This document shows, piece by piece, positions 52,698-64,000 of a stretch of DNA of 64,000 nt; within the stretch, counting starts at the first letter, position 1; each line of letters opens with the position of its first letter. The stretch is from contig JBFLGF010000004.1 of assembly GCA_050230475.1 (NCBI GenBank), positions 1 to 64,000 on the forward strand, in the 5' to 3' direction. The notes under the pieces were generated by a model. That model saw nothing but the letters and a program-made list of their open reading frames with translations, had not been told where the DNA came from and did not search any database. The DNA comes from Ancylonema sp. (taxonomy: Eukaryota). A program made the position numbers and the translations under genes.

Positions 52698-53486
52698 TAT
52701 AGTAGCATGCAAACGGCAGAAATCGGCCCATACGGCGTTTGCCATACGCGGACGTATGGCATACGCCCATACGGCCAAAATTGTACTTCGAAAAAATATT
52801 GCACCCTTCAAAATTGCGGATCCGGGCCCGAAGGTGACGCCATCTAGAGCAAATGATCTAGTCTATGTGTTCATCAATTATAGGATGATGGCGCAATTTT
52901 CTAGCCCCGAGATGTTTGCGGATGGGGTGGATGAGATGGAAGAGGAGGATGGTGAAATGTAAATAAAAGAAGCGAAGTAGAGCGGTTTTTTTTTTAAGGG
53001 AGAACAAAATGATGATATTACGTACTAACGAAATACTTTTTCGCAAGCAATTTCATTTTGTGGTTGAGAATCAATCGATGTAAATCCAGAATGTTAAGTA
53101 TGGAACTTGAAAGAAAATATGTAGTGAAGAAGGGTGGAAAAGAAAAGAAAAGAAAAATCGGGAAATAATATGAAAATGCATACTTTCAAGGTAAAAGCGA
53201 AATGGAAATGGAAAATGGAAATGGAAAAAAAAAAAAGAAAAAAAAAAGGGTGATATCGAAATTGAAAGTAATGTAAAAATAACTCATCTCCACAACCGGA
53301 AAAAAAGAAGAAGAAAAAAAAAAAACTAGTGTACGGCCGTTTGACAAACGGCCGTACAGTGTACGGACGTTTGGAAAGGTGCGTTTGGACCAGCGTATGG
53401 TGTTGCGTCCGTTCGGCTAAAAGTGCCGTTTTGACGTTTGGACGTTTTGCGTTTGCAAAACGCGTACGCGTTTTGATGCTACTATG
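52698..53486. mobile_element. Non-autonomous hAT-like element, family D copy 2, with a transposase C-terminal remnant
   Basis: TIR (T)ATAGTAGCAT ... ATGCTACTATG, with GTATCGG duplicated on both flanks. Internal peptide SRANDLVYVFINYR (~52842-52884) resembles the end of the hAT dimerisation domain. Confidence 0.7.
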
Positions 53487-56400
53487 GTATCGGATAAATT
53501 CCACTTTCGATATTTAACTTTCAAACGACGTGGACCTCGCAATGTTGTACGCCTCCGTACCTTCAATTTCATATCAAAAAATAATACAAATTCAAGATAT
53601 AGCGTAGTTTAGCGTATTAATACGCTGGGAGCACAATACACGTGTTTAGCGTATGAGATCTCACCGTATTGTGAGTATTGTGCGACCTTGTTCTAGGGTT
53701 TTTTTGCCTTGCAAATTTTCCGCGGGGAAAAAGGGTGTAGGATTGTTTTTTTTTCCCCTTTACCTCTTACGTGTGATATACATGTGTCTTTTTTGGCCTA
53801 CGAATTTGTAGCAAATTTAAAATAAATACATAATAAAATAGCTCTCTCATATCCAACTACTAGTTGATTGCGATAGTAAATTGGAAAAATGGTGGGATCC
53901 TTCGCATTATAATTCACCATCCGATAGCAAGCAATCGGAGGGGATGACGATCTTCATAGTTGCCTAACCTGAGATTCATAGGTCAGTAAAACCAGTTCAC
54001 GTGATTGGAAATTTCGATAAGCCATGGAATAACTTTGTTAAACTTGGATACGCCTCACTTTGAGCCACATAATTTTGGTCTGAAACCTAAAAATGCAACT
54101 CATCACATAGGCAAACCGCAGTTGTTAGGAACCTCGCTACAATCACCAGGGCTCCCTAGCGAGGTTCCCACACTTAGCGCTAGAGCGATACTAGAGCAGA
54201 TTTCCTTATATCGAGTTTTGTCCCTTTATAGTGAGATATGTGCCCCTAGTGGCTTGTCCTTATGAAGAGTGATTGCGCTTAACTTTTCAGTTTCCCCTTA
54301 TATCGAGTTCTAGCTATCCCTCATCTAGATTCGAGTTGAGATAGTTGACTTTCACTACACCTAGTCCATACGAATGCATTCCTATCAAATCATTTACTTG
54401 CACTCATTTTGAGTTGTCATTGTATCAACACAACCATTCCATCCGGCTCATGCCATCTTGTCCTACCCGGCCTGTCGCCATCTTGTTGCTTGTGTGCATT
54501 TTGCAACTTGCTTGCTAGGGGCTACTTTGCATCCGTCCCTAACAACAGTGGCACCTCTCAAGAAAATGTGGCACTTTAAATAAGATAGAGGGAATTTACC
54601 CATCTATTTATGTAGCATTTGAAAGTGAGGAGTGAGAGTTTAATAGTTGGACCGAAGAGTGAATGTAAGGTTGTAGGCGTAGAAATCAAATTCAGGACAA
54701 AAATTGTTGGATATGGGTGTGTTTTTATTTTTACAATGATTTCATGGTATTTTTGCTCTTCATCATGTAATTTTGTGCCTCATATGTGCATCATGCCATT
54801 AGTACATACTTAGAGTTGAAACAAGAAAATATGGGGGGGGGGGGGGAAGGCGTAACCATTTATAACCATTTCAATTGACCTAGAGTATTCCCGCAAGTTT
54901 CCGGACTTTTTTCTCCATGGAAAACTCCTTAAAACCCCCAAAACTACATATTACCCTAATCGGCTGGTCCGAATTTTTGATCTAAAAGGACGGACCCCGG
55001 TTCGGAACCGGGACATCGGGACCCCGGTCCGCCAGTCCGTGCAACTATGATTTAATTCATGGCTTCTTATTAAATGTTATTTAACACTCAATATATAAGT
55101 GGTGGGTAGGATCGATCGTAAGAGTACTTGTACACCCTCGGTCATTCACGATATTGAATGGTGTCTGTTTAGCTCACATTAAATTTGATACATTGTTCAT
55201 TTTGAACCGGTGGTTGGCATGTGAATCCGGTAGCCGTGTATTTTAAAATAAAAAAGTTGAATAACTCCGATTACGGTGAAAATATCACCGCGAACAAAGT
55301 TGTCTTTGACCTAACTTTTGGTCTATAAATGTGATAGAGTAAAATGTAGTGAAAATGTATAGGATGGTGAGCATTCGACCGAGACATAAACTATGCATGA
55401 AATGTTTGCTCTTTCTGGCGTTATGAATCATAACGAGACAAGGATGTAAATTTGGCAAGTAGGTTCAATTTGATCCCAATAGCTCTTACTTGGTACAGTC
55501 GAGTTTATACGAATGGCTATAAATTGCACCCAATCATTCCACTTATTCAGGAGTATCGTGCTACCTCAACAAAAACCCCTACGCCCAACCGCCATCCAAC
55601 AGTTCCAACCGCCGCGTTGGGCGGATGGACGGTTGGGCGGCGGTTTCACGGTTGGACGAGGTTTGATGAAATGGCGGTTGGCCTACCGGTGGTTGCACGG
55701 TTGGTGGTTGGCGATTGGCGGTTGGCGGTTAGCAATTGGGTGTCCAACCTGCCCATAGGACTGTACACCCTCGATACAAAGACCCTCAATATAACGAAAA
55801 CCTCACTTTAATGCCACTTCCATGTTTTGGTTTGTTTGCTTTTTGTTTGTTTTTCTTTTTTTTTGTCTATGCAACGGCTCCCTCGAGATAGGGATAAGTT
55901 TTCCCACCTCTAGTCGTTATCCCGGTCGTTATCCGGGATAACGACCCTCCACATGATGACACTCAATTTGGAACACCGGGCTCCGATCGGGGCGCCTAGC
56001 CCCGAGCCTGGAGGTCGGATCTTGGAGCCTTTAGGAGAGCTTCCCGCGAAACTCATACCATCATACCAAAAGTGCATCCCCTCCATGATTACGGCGTTCA
56101 CACGCGCCATCTTATCTCGTGCGAGCATATCGGTATCCAAATGTTGTGGCCCCTGCCGGATGCGTGGGCAGGTTAACCCTTGGCTGCACGTCCGTTACCA
56201 TGCCATCATGACGTGCTTGCCTTCTGTTCAGAAGTAAGATGCTCTTGTTGCTGAAAGCCGTGGATTTCAGCCGTGCTTTGCTTCCTGTGGCTTGCTGGTG
56301 TTATTGCGGACCTTCTGCCGAATTTATCAGTAACGTGCGTGAGCACTCTATTTCGGGAGTGGCTGCTGCCGGCTACGAGTGTTTACAGATGCTGTGTCTG

Positions 56401-56526
56401 CCCTAAATTTGATGCCACGAGGATGTAGAACAAACTCTCATCCCAGACACAGTCTTTCAGATTCAGTGACGGAGTTGGCATCTGCTGTGCTTCTTGTTTG
56501 TTTCCATTTTCCATAACAGGAACGGA

Positions 56527-59500
56527 ATGCTCCCTTCCAAAATCAACACGGGTCACTCAGCAGATGACGAGCAGCCTGGTTCGCCTCTGGCGCAAGTTTT
56601 TCAGGAGGTTCTACACGATGGAGATGCCGACGCTCTTATTTTCGCACTCATTGGTCTAGAAGGCACCGTGGACAAAAGCAATCTTATCAAGACTCTACAA
56701 GAAAAAGTGGCACCTTTGAAGCGATTTCGCAGTACGATGGTAAGCCGCTTTATATGAGGGTATTTCGCGTGATACATTATTGTTGTACTAGTGCAAAGAC
56801 CGGAGTCGTGCGTTCCAAGCCAGCCGTGAGGCAACTTCATGAAAGTCAAGTAGTGGTTAGCCGCTGGCCATCAACATTCGGTCCGCAGCCCCATCGCCCC
56901 TTCGCGCATTCTGATATTCTCAAAGTTATGAAGTTCCTTGCAGGTCATGTTCCTGATCAGACTCAAATAACGGCAAGCACATTACTTGGCGAGGTTTATG
57001 TAGGCTCTAGAGAAGCAGAGGTCTCGCGTCTCGAATCGATTCTGACGTTGGATCTCTGAGCCTGCATGGGAGATGGGGAAACTCTTTCATGGAGGTGTGG
57101 CGCGCCTGTCAAGGAGGAAGAATCCTGAGCCTACATTTTCCTTCCTGCAGAAATGGTCGCGTGGAAAGTTTGTGTGGTACCCTGTCCACGTGGATGTCAC
57201 CGAACACGTACACGAGGTCCAGTGCCCAGAGAACATGCTTCAGAACCCGGAGGATTTCCCGATAGAGTATTGCAACCGCATCTCTGGCCAATCCTTGGAC
57301 AGAGCCAAACCTCAATGGTGAGTGCCAGCTGTCAATGATGCACCTCAGTGATTCGGACGAGCCCATGAGATCATGAAGGTCACAGATGTTCGACCTTTCG
57401 TCATGGACTGCTTGTGTCTATGGTTGGATTGTCTGTTTACAAACATTAAGCGGTCTTTAGGGCATCGCAAGTGTACTTCTTTTGTGAGAAGACTTCTTCT
57501 GTTTCATATTTAAATATGAGATATGTGTCCCTTTCTCCTGTGGCTGTCATATTTCTTCGAAGTGTATCCGTTCTGGTTGGAGAGGCATGAGAGTTTCTAT
57601 GCCTATTTCCCAATGGCACGCATGCAGAATGTTCAGTTGTGTTCACACTCAGCTCCACCTGAGGTTTGGAAGGTAGTGTGACCACCCACACACAAGGGAA
57701 AAAAAAAAAAAAAAAAAAAATCAAGAAAGAAGAAGAAGAAGAGGCAACACATTTGGCAATTGAGAACAGACAGCAGTCCGACCTGTCCTTCAGTTTATCT
57801 TACCCTCCATGACAATATCATTGCATGTTGTTGCCGGAAAGCACACTCCAGCATGCCACCTCTTCCCTACACTAATATGTTCCCTATTCCCCTATCTTCC
57901 CTATTCCCCTATCTTACCTATTCCCCTATCTTCCCTATTCCCCTATCTTCCCAGGGACATCCACATTCTCCGAGGAGGCAGTGATTCGGGCAAAGGAGAC
58001 TGTCTTCTTTTCCGCTTCAACCACTCGATAGGGGATGGAGTCTCCCTCACATCTCTATTCCTGGACTTAGTGAATACAAAAGACGGGTCTGCCCCCACCC
58101 TCCCTGGTCGGAAATCGATCCCTCCTAGCACCATCTGGCAGACGCTTCTCTACTTTTGGCACACATTGGTGGCTATGAACCGCTTCAATGCGCTGCTGGT
58201 GTGGCCGGATCCTGTGACTCACTTCAAGGTAACCTGTGGTCTGTGGTCTGTGGCCTGTGGTCTGTGGTCTGTGGTCTGTGGTCCACCTTCTCTTCTCTCC
58301 TTCTCTCCTATTTCCTCTCCTCTCCTCTTCTCTTTTCCTATTTCTTTCTTCTCTTCTCCTATCTTTTCTTCTCTTCTCCTATCTTCTCCTCTCTTCTCGT
58401 CTCCTATCTTCTCTCCTCTTCTCGTCTCTTCTTTTCTCTTCACGTCTCGTCTCTTTTCGAGTGCTTGTGGTAGGGGCATTGTTTCCTTGTAGCATCGCAT
58501 GGTCCACTAGGGTGCCCTTCTCAAGGCCCTAATCCTATGCGTGCTAGTGGGAGAAAGCTCACATGTAGTCTGTTACACGTTCTGCACAGTATGGGATGAC
58601 TAAAGTTCAATGTTTATGTTTCTCGTATTATTTTAAAGAGTCTCATCGTTGCTGTTATAATCAGTATCATTGATGCTGTCACTATTATTATCAAAAATAC
58701 TTTTGTCGACAATATCCATTGTTCCTCCGTGTGGATGAGAATTGTGGTTGAACTGAGGCGGTATTACCCCTGGATGCTATTAAAAAAATCACATTACTTT
58801 TTTCCCTGTATCTGCTCCCAAAGAAGCCTGTATCCCATTTCTGTGCCCCCCAGGCCACCACCTGTCTCCGACACCACCCCCGTGAGGTGTCCGCAAGAAA
58901 GTACTTGCTGTCAGATGTGAAAGCCGTCGCCAAAGTGTGTGGAAGCACAGAGAACGACGTCCTCCTAGCAGCGACAGCAGGAGCGATTCAGCGAATCAAG
59001 TCGCAGCAAACAGCATCCAAAGAGTCGAAAGGCTTCCACACAGCCCCGGGAACTCAAATACGGAGCCGGTATCGACCCCGGGCTACGATGATCGTGAATG
59101 TAAGGCCGCCGTTGAGCAAAGAGGAGATGGAAAGCATGCGGCGTGGGGAAGAGAACGAGAAATGGGGAACGATCGTGGGGTATGTGAACGTGCCTCTTCC
59201 GGCAGATTCGACCACGTCTCCTCTCCAGAAGGTGCATGAGGTGAAAGGGTTTGTGGACCGGGTGAAGGGGTCTTGGGAGCCGATGCTGGTTCACTTTGGT
59301 ATGGCATACATTTGCCGATTGTTGGGAGCCAAGGTGAGGAATTTTGGTGGTGCCCAAGGTAGAGGGAGGGGGAGTATCACTTTTAAGGTGCTGCCTGGTA
59401 ATGCATATCTGTTGCTCTTCAGGGTTGTTGCTAACATGCGGCCTTCATGCCGTTTGCGTTGTACGCAAGGCCTTTCCTAAGGTTTGGGAAGTGCTCAGAG

Positions 59501-60059
59501 TCAAAATAATATCACTCTGGGTATCACCCTGAATGGACTTTTCGAAATAACCTAGAGTTTTCTCTCACTTCACCAGATGGTAGCTCAGTATGTGATATGC
59601 GTTTGGCAGTCCAATCCATCAAGGCATCCTCATTGGTTCTCCTGAAATGTACTATGGGTCAATCACTGCCTCTCCACTGGTATCATACCACACTGGCATA
59701 CACTGGCATCATGTCCTTACCCACTCCGATTGCCCCCCCTTTACACGCAGACTCTTCTACGCTTCCTCGGGTTTGTTCTCGCCCACACAACTCTCGGAAT
59801 CTCCAACATTGTGGGACCCTCCGAAGAGATCTGGTTTTCCGGCCATCGCGTGCTGTCCTTGCAACAGTTCGTGCTCGCAAGTCCGCAAGGCATTTCGGTC
59901 CACATATCCTCTCTCTCCGGCACCATTTTCATTTGCGCGACCACGTGCCCCACGCTTGTGAGGTCACGTGAGGTTATGGACGGATTTGATGCAGCGATAA
60001 TGGAGCTCAAGGAGGCCGCGTCATCATCATGCGGAATAAGAGATACGCCACCGGGTTGA
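56527..60059 (+). CDS. WSD: Wax ester synthase/diacylglycerol acyltransferase (WS/DGAT, WSD1-like; 480 aa by my model)
   Basis: Exons 56527-56739, 57151-57317, 57955-58228, 58854-59333 and 59751-60059 (1443 nt, in frame). Motifs: EQPGSPLAQVF, RFRS, W.PVHVDVTEHV, LDRAKPQWDIHIL, LFRFNHSIGDGVSL, DVKAVAK...TENDVLLAATAGA, VNVRP, KWGTIVGYVNVPLP, ISNIVGPSEEI. Confidence 0.88.
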
Positions 60060-60371
60060 GGTTGTTGTTTCGATCGGAGTTTGAATGAGCATACTCAAGT
60101 GTGGTCGACATACGGACAAAGAAATCGGAGGGTAGCAACGTGAGGCCAACGTCGTCTTGGCCTTGAACCTGTTGTGACCAAAAACCTTCGTTTATGGTGA
60201 CAAGGTACGGATATCTTATTCCAGTGTCAATACAGTCACTATTGTATGTACGGGAGGTGCTCTCGGTCAATAGTGAGCGGGAGTTCGCAAATTTCTTTTT
60301 GTTGGTTGAGCTTTGGCACATACTTGCCTCTCATTGGAAGAGAGAAAGATAGAGAAGTAGATTAGGCGCAA

Positions 60372-61240
60372 ACGGGTTGCACAATACGCACAATACGCTG
60401 AGTTATCATACGCTAAATACGCGTATTGTGCTCTTAGCGTATTAATACGTTGAAATACGCTAAAAAATACGCGAAATTTTGAACTTGTATTAATTTTCGG
60501 TACAAAATTGCGGGTATGGCTGATTTTTCGGAGGCAAACAACATAGCGAGGTCCACGTCGTTTGAAAGTGAAATAGCGAAATTGAAACCTGTTCGATACT
60601 ACATTGCCAGCAAAAATCATCTTCATTCTCGCTAGTAAACCTCATCCGACCGTCCAAGTTCAAGTTAGAAGTAGGAGTAGTAAAACTTTGATTATAAGTA
60701 GAAGAAGGACTCATTAAATTGCTACTGTGAATCATTGTTTCTTGGATTTAAGTATTGCATTCGTTATTAGAATCTAGCATTCCACTTTTTTAATTACCAT
60801 ACTCAAGGTAAAACGGAAGCCCCGGTTGATCCATTTTTGGGAATGGTAAAAACAAAAAAGAGTAAAGATTGATAAAAAAAGGTGTGCAAATACAATCAAA
60901 TCTAGATAAGAGAGAAGATGGGAAGAGTGGGTCTATTAATGAATGCCCCATTCTCGCACTAACAATTTGAGTAAAACAATTGCACATGGTTTGGTGAAAC
61001 ATGCGCCTATCAATGTACTTCAAGGATAAATGTCTCCGTATTTGATGGCCAATTTGATTTAGATTAGGAACCCGATGTTACCATCCTACTTCCGGATATG
61101 TGTGGGGTCTAAAATCGTGAAAAAAACGCATATTCATTGACAATACGTATATTTTCAAATCACGAAAAATTTCAATACGCGAAATTCGGCGTATTGTGAC
61201 CCCAACGTATTGATAGCGTATCACGTATTGTGCAACCCAG
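60372..61240. mobile_element. Non-autonomous hAT-like element, family A, uninterrupted inverted copy
   Basis: TIR GGGTTGCACAATACG ... CGTATTGTGCAACCC. The reverse complement of ~61065-61110 reads CCCCACACATATCCGGAAGTAGGATGGTAACATCGGGTTCC, the empty site of the copia insertion. Confidence 0.8.
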
Positions 61241-61585
61241 GTACAATGTCAACCGTGTTGGTGGTTTTGGAGGATGATGTTCAGCAATGTGGAGCCAATC
61301 GGAGGATGTTGTAGATGAGATCAATAACTACCCTACATTTAGTCCCGAAATTATTTATAAGTATTCCTATGTCTACATTGTGTTATTTATTTGAAGCGGT
61401 TGGCGAACGCAGATAGATAGGGTCTTCAACTCATGTGCTGTAAATGTCGTGGTTCCAACAACTCCCAATAAACGGCCTGGTATCAATGACAATGGATAGA
61501 AATAATGGCGACATGTAACAAAATACATTGAGATAACAATTCTCGTTTGAACATAACCAGTGCGGTACACGTGGCATGCTCACGC

Positions 61586-62682
61586 CATAGTTGCACGGAC
61601 CGGCGGACCGGGGTCCCGAGGTCCCGACTCCGGACCGAGGTCCGTCCTTGTGGGTCAAAAATCCGGACCGGCTATTTAGGGTAATATCGTTTTTTTGGGG
61701 TTTCAAGGTGTTTTCCGTGGAGAAAAAACTCCAGAAGTTTTTTTATCGCGAGTAAATTTTTACTTCACGTCTTATGAAAATGTCAAAAAAATGTTAGACC
61801 TATCAAATAAGTAATTAAAACCTGCAATGCATCATCGTAGATAGCGTTTTTCACCACTTTCGAAAGATATCACTCGGGAAAATGCTCTAGGTCATTTAGA
61901 ATGGTTATAAGCACTCCATATTTTTTCATTTTCCACGGGCTACAGTGTAATTCTGAAATAATGCTCATGCGAGCCTCAAAAAAATGTGATGAAGGGTCAC
62001 CGTATCATGGAATTCAATAAAATTGGAAGCACCTCTACCAAACATCACCCTGGTTTTTTTTTCCACGCTCACAACCTCGTATTCAAACTTCTCTCCACCT
62101 TACAAATACATTCATAACTTCGCACTTTCCTATTCTACATATAAACAAACGGGTAACTTTCCTATCTAAAATTTACTTACCTCATCTTGCTCAACTTGCC
62201 TACAACTCCATACTTGTATGAGACGGGAAAAAAATCATTACGACTTCTACACCCATAGTTTTTGTTCTATTTTTATACTCATAATACTCTTCACTGTCTA
62301 CGCCACCTTAAATAACCCCCTTATCGCACTTCCCACTCCTCACTTGTCACTCCCCAAAAATCTTTCCTCACTCCGAATAACACACTTCCAAGTACCAACT
62401 TAATACAAAATTTCAGCCATTTTGTCAATTTTAAATTTCACCATCTCAATCAATGAACGGTTGCATATTAACATGCTATTTTCTTACATTTATTTATTGA
62501 TTTTTGCTACTACTTCGCAAGCCACAAATGACACATGTATATCACACGTGTGGGGTACATAAAAAAAAATGAAGCTCCACGTCCTTTTTCCCCGCGGAAA
62601 ATTCGCCTCGCTAAAAAACCCTAAAAGTGCCCCGGTCCGACCGCGGTCCGAAAATCCAATGTTGGCGGTACGTGCAACTGTG
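61586..62682. mobile_element. Non-autonomous hAT-like element, family B copy 3 (inverted)
   Basis: TIR CATAGTTGCACG ... CGTGCAACTGTG. Perfect 8-bp TSD GCTCACGC at 61578-61585 and 62683-62690. Confidence 0.9.
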
Positions 62683-63240
62683 GCTCACGCACATGTGTGT
62701 TCACTACTACTTCACCCCATACGTGTGTGTGTCTTTACATCTTTATCTAAAAATGGGAAGGTTCCAAGAGAGTTGTCGCCTATAGGCTGCATTGGCCGTT
62801 TGGTGTTCCTCCATAGCTGTACTTGGCTATCTACAACAACATAAAGTGAGTACAAAAGAGATTTTGAAGAAAATGTCGCTCCAGTCCGCTACCGCTACCG
62901 CATTCAAAATCTCCCCACTTGCACCAAACTACATCACTCGTGATTATATTTGCTCATGTTTGTCCCACCAACCACCTTTGATGACATCAATTACCTCCCT
63001 GCGCTTTCCCCTCCACATTTGTCAAAGTTGCCTCCGCATCTCTTACATTTTCAAACCATCCCAACCGCAATGAGAGTGGAGGGTGTGGAGAAGAGGAGTA
63101 AGCAATGTGGCATAGCACGGTAAGCGAGAGCGGCTTTGAGATAAACATGCACACTCTCCACACCACTCTCTCTTTCTCGTTCACTCTTTGACTCGAGTAT
63201 TCTCGAATAATCGCATACGTCGTAAGCCTCGTCACACCAG

Positions 63241-64000
63241 CTACCCACTGAACCCTTCAGGTGGCTCCGACAGGTGGCTATTCAACACATCCACTTCCTG
63301 TTTTACTCTCCCCCCGAACTCCTGAAATAAACTCGAAATCACCTCCCAATTCACCTCTGTGTTCTGCAGAGTTTTGAAATGCTCAATGGCATCAAAGTTG
63401 TCGCCACCCCCTGCGGCCTTGAAGCGCAATGCAGTCGGCAAATCCAGATGTGCCACCTGGACGCGGGAGGACAAGGAAAAAACGAGCGTTGGTGTTATTT
63501 GTAGCACTGAAATATACTCGGGGTAGAGTCTGCGCAGTTGACCGAAAATCCGCACAGGCTGGGAAGAGAGCACAAGAGACCACAGGATGTAATTTTTGAT
63601 TTCTCTACTTCATGATTGTCACGAAACACATTCTGAATTGTTTTTATTTGGTAGGCAGCAGTTTCTCGTACCTGATTGTGCAACTGTGTTCACACAAAAT
63701 ATGATTTTTTATTGGGAGTCAGGTTTGGTACCCGACCTGATATCCGGCCAGCCACATCCGGAACGTCAACTGCCAATCCGCCAGACTGCACGGCTGGTCG
63801 GGCTCACACAGCCCCTCATCAAACCCCCCCACCATTCGGAATGCCTCTTTCCTCAACACCAGCGGACCCACTTCTGCCACAGCGGCAAAATGCATCGACA
63901 CTTTTGCCTTGGGGTCATAAAGCCTCCCCGAAACCTCCCCCTCCAGATGCACCTTCCCCAGATACCCCTCCCTCTCCTCCATTCGGGTCCCACTGGCTTC
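63241..64000 (-). CDS. 3' end of a probable GT2/GT-A family glycosyltransferase; 5' part lies outside the window
   Basis: Exons >64000-63737 and 63456-63241 (GT-AG, phase 0). Peptide VGPLVLRKEAFRMVGGFDEGL...ADWQLTFRMWLAGYQV matches the GT-A 'GGFDE...D..L..R....G' pattern. Confidence 0.65.

Larger units (their letters stand above)
45882..53690. mobile_element. Non-autonomous hAT-like element, family A, hosting the copia element and family D copy 2
   Basis: Imperfect TIR CAGGATTACACAATAC ... GTATTGTGCGACCTTG. 8-bp TSD TTCTAAGG/TTCTAGGG. CAATACG/CGTATTG subterminal repeats. An uninterrupted relative lies inverted at ~60372-61240. Confidence 0.78.
45790..55049. mobile_element. Non-autonomous hAT-like element, family B copy 2, interrupted by nested insertions
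   Basis: Left end CAGAGTTGCACGGATCGGCAAGAT aligns with 44381 onward. Right end CCGTGCAACTATG at 55037-55049. 53691-53890 and 54575-55049 align with the reverse complement of 61586-62682. TSD not preserved. Confidence 0.72.
45630..55757. mobile_element. Putative outermost DNA transposon (family C) with CCAACCG/CGGTTGG subterminal arrays; boundaries approximate
   Basis: CCAACCG array at ~45655-45750 and inverted CGGTTGG array at ~55610-55735 bracket the whole nest. No clean TIR or TSD. Confidence 0.4.

Noticed and set aside
53890..54575. Possible additional solo LTR inside family B copy 2
   Set aside because: The segment is absent from copy 3, but no convincing TG...CA ends or TSD were found.
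57879..58460. Ser/Leu/Phe-rich extensions of the WS/DGAT ORFs
   Set aside because: They are intronic simple repeats (TTCCCTAT, CTGTGGT, CT-rich) read through by the ORF finder.
15890..64000. A cell-surface biosynthetic gene cluster (two Csl-like GT2, MFS, WS/DGAT, GT2)
   Set aside because: The genes are spread over about 48 kb, are interrupted by RNASEH2B and transposon nests, and no shared pathway can be argued from sequence alone.

Overview
This is eukaryotic, intron-rich nuclear DNA. The gene families look plant-type, so the source is probably a streptophyte alga or early-diverging plant (inference). I built eight protein-coding gene models by hand from GT/GC-AG splice sites with phase checks: the 3' part of a plant cyclic-nucleotide-gated channel (group IV-B-like); two tandem 6-exon cellulose-synthase-like GT2 genes lacking CESA-specific domains; an 11-exon ZIF/ZIFL-like MFS transporter; a 6-exon NiCoT nickel/cobalt transporter that looks actinobacterial and lacks its second signature segment; a 10-exon RNase H2 subunit B with an in-frame TAG on the Gln position of its PCNA-binding PIP box; a 5-exon WS/DGAT; and the 3' end of another GT2. 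There is also a frameshifted Dabb/UP3-like pseudogene. Intergenic DNA is dense with transposons: a Mutator-like foldback element with a 9-bp TSD, several non-autonomous hAT-like and pogo-like elements, and a decayed full-length Ty1/copia element nested inside other elements, with the empty insertion sites visible elsewhere in the window. All family assignments come from motif recognition, not database searches.
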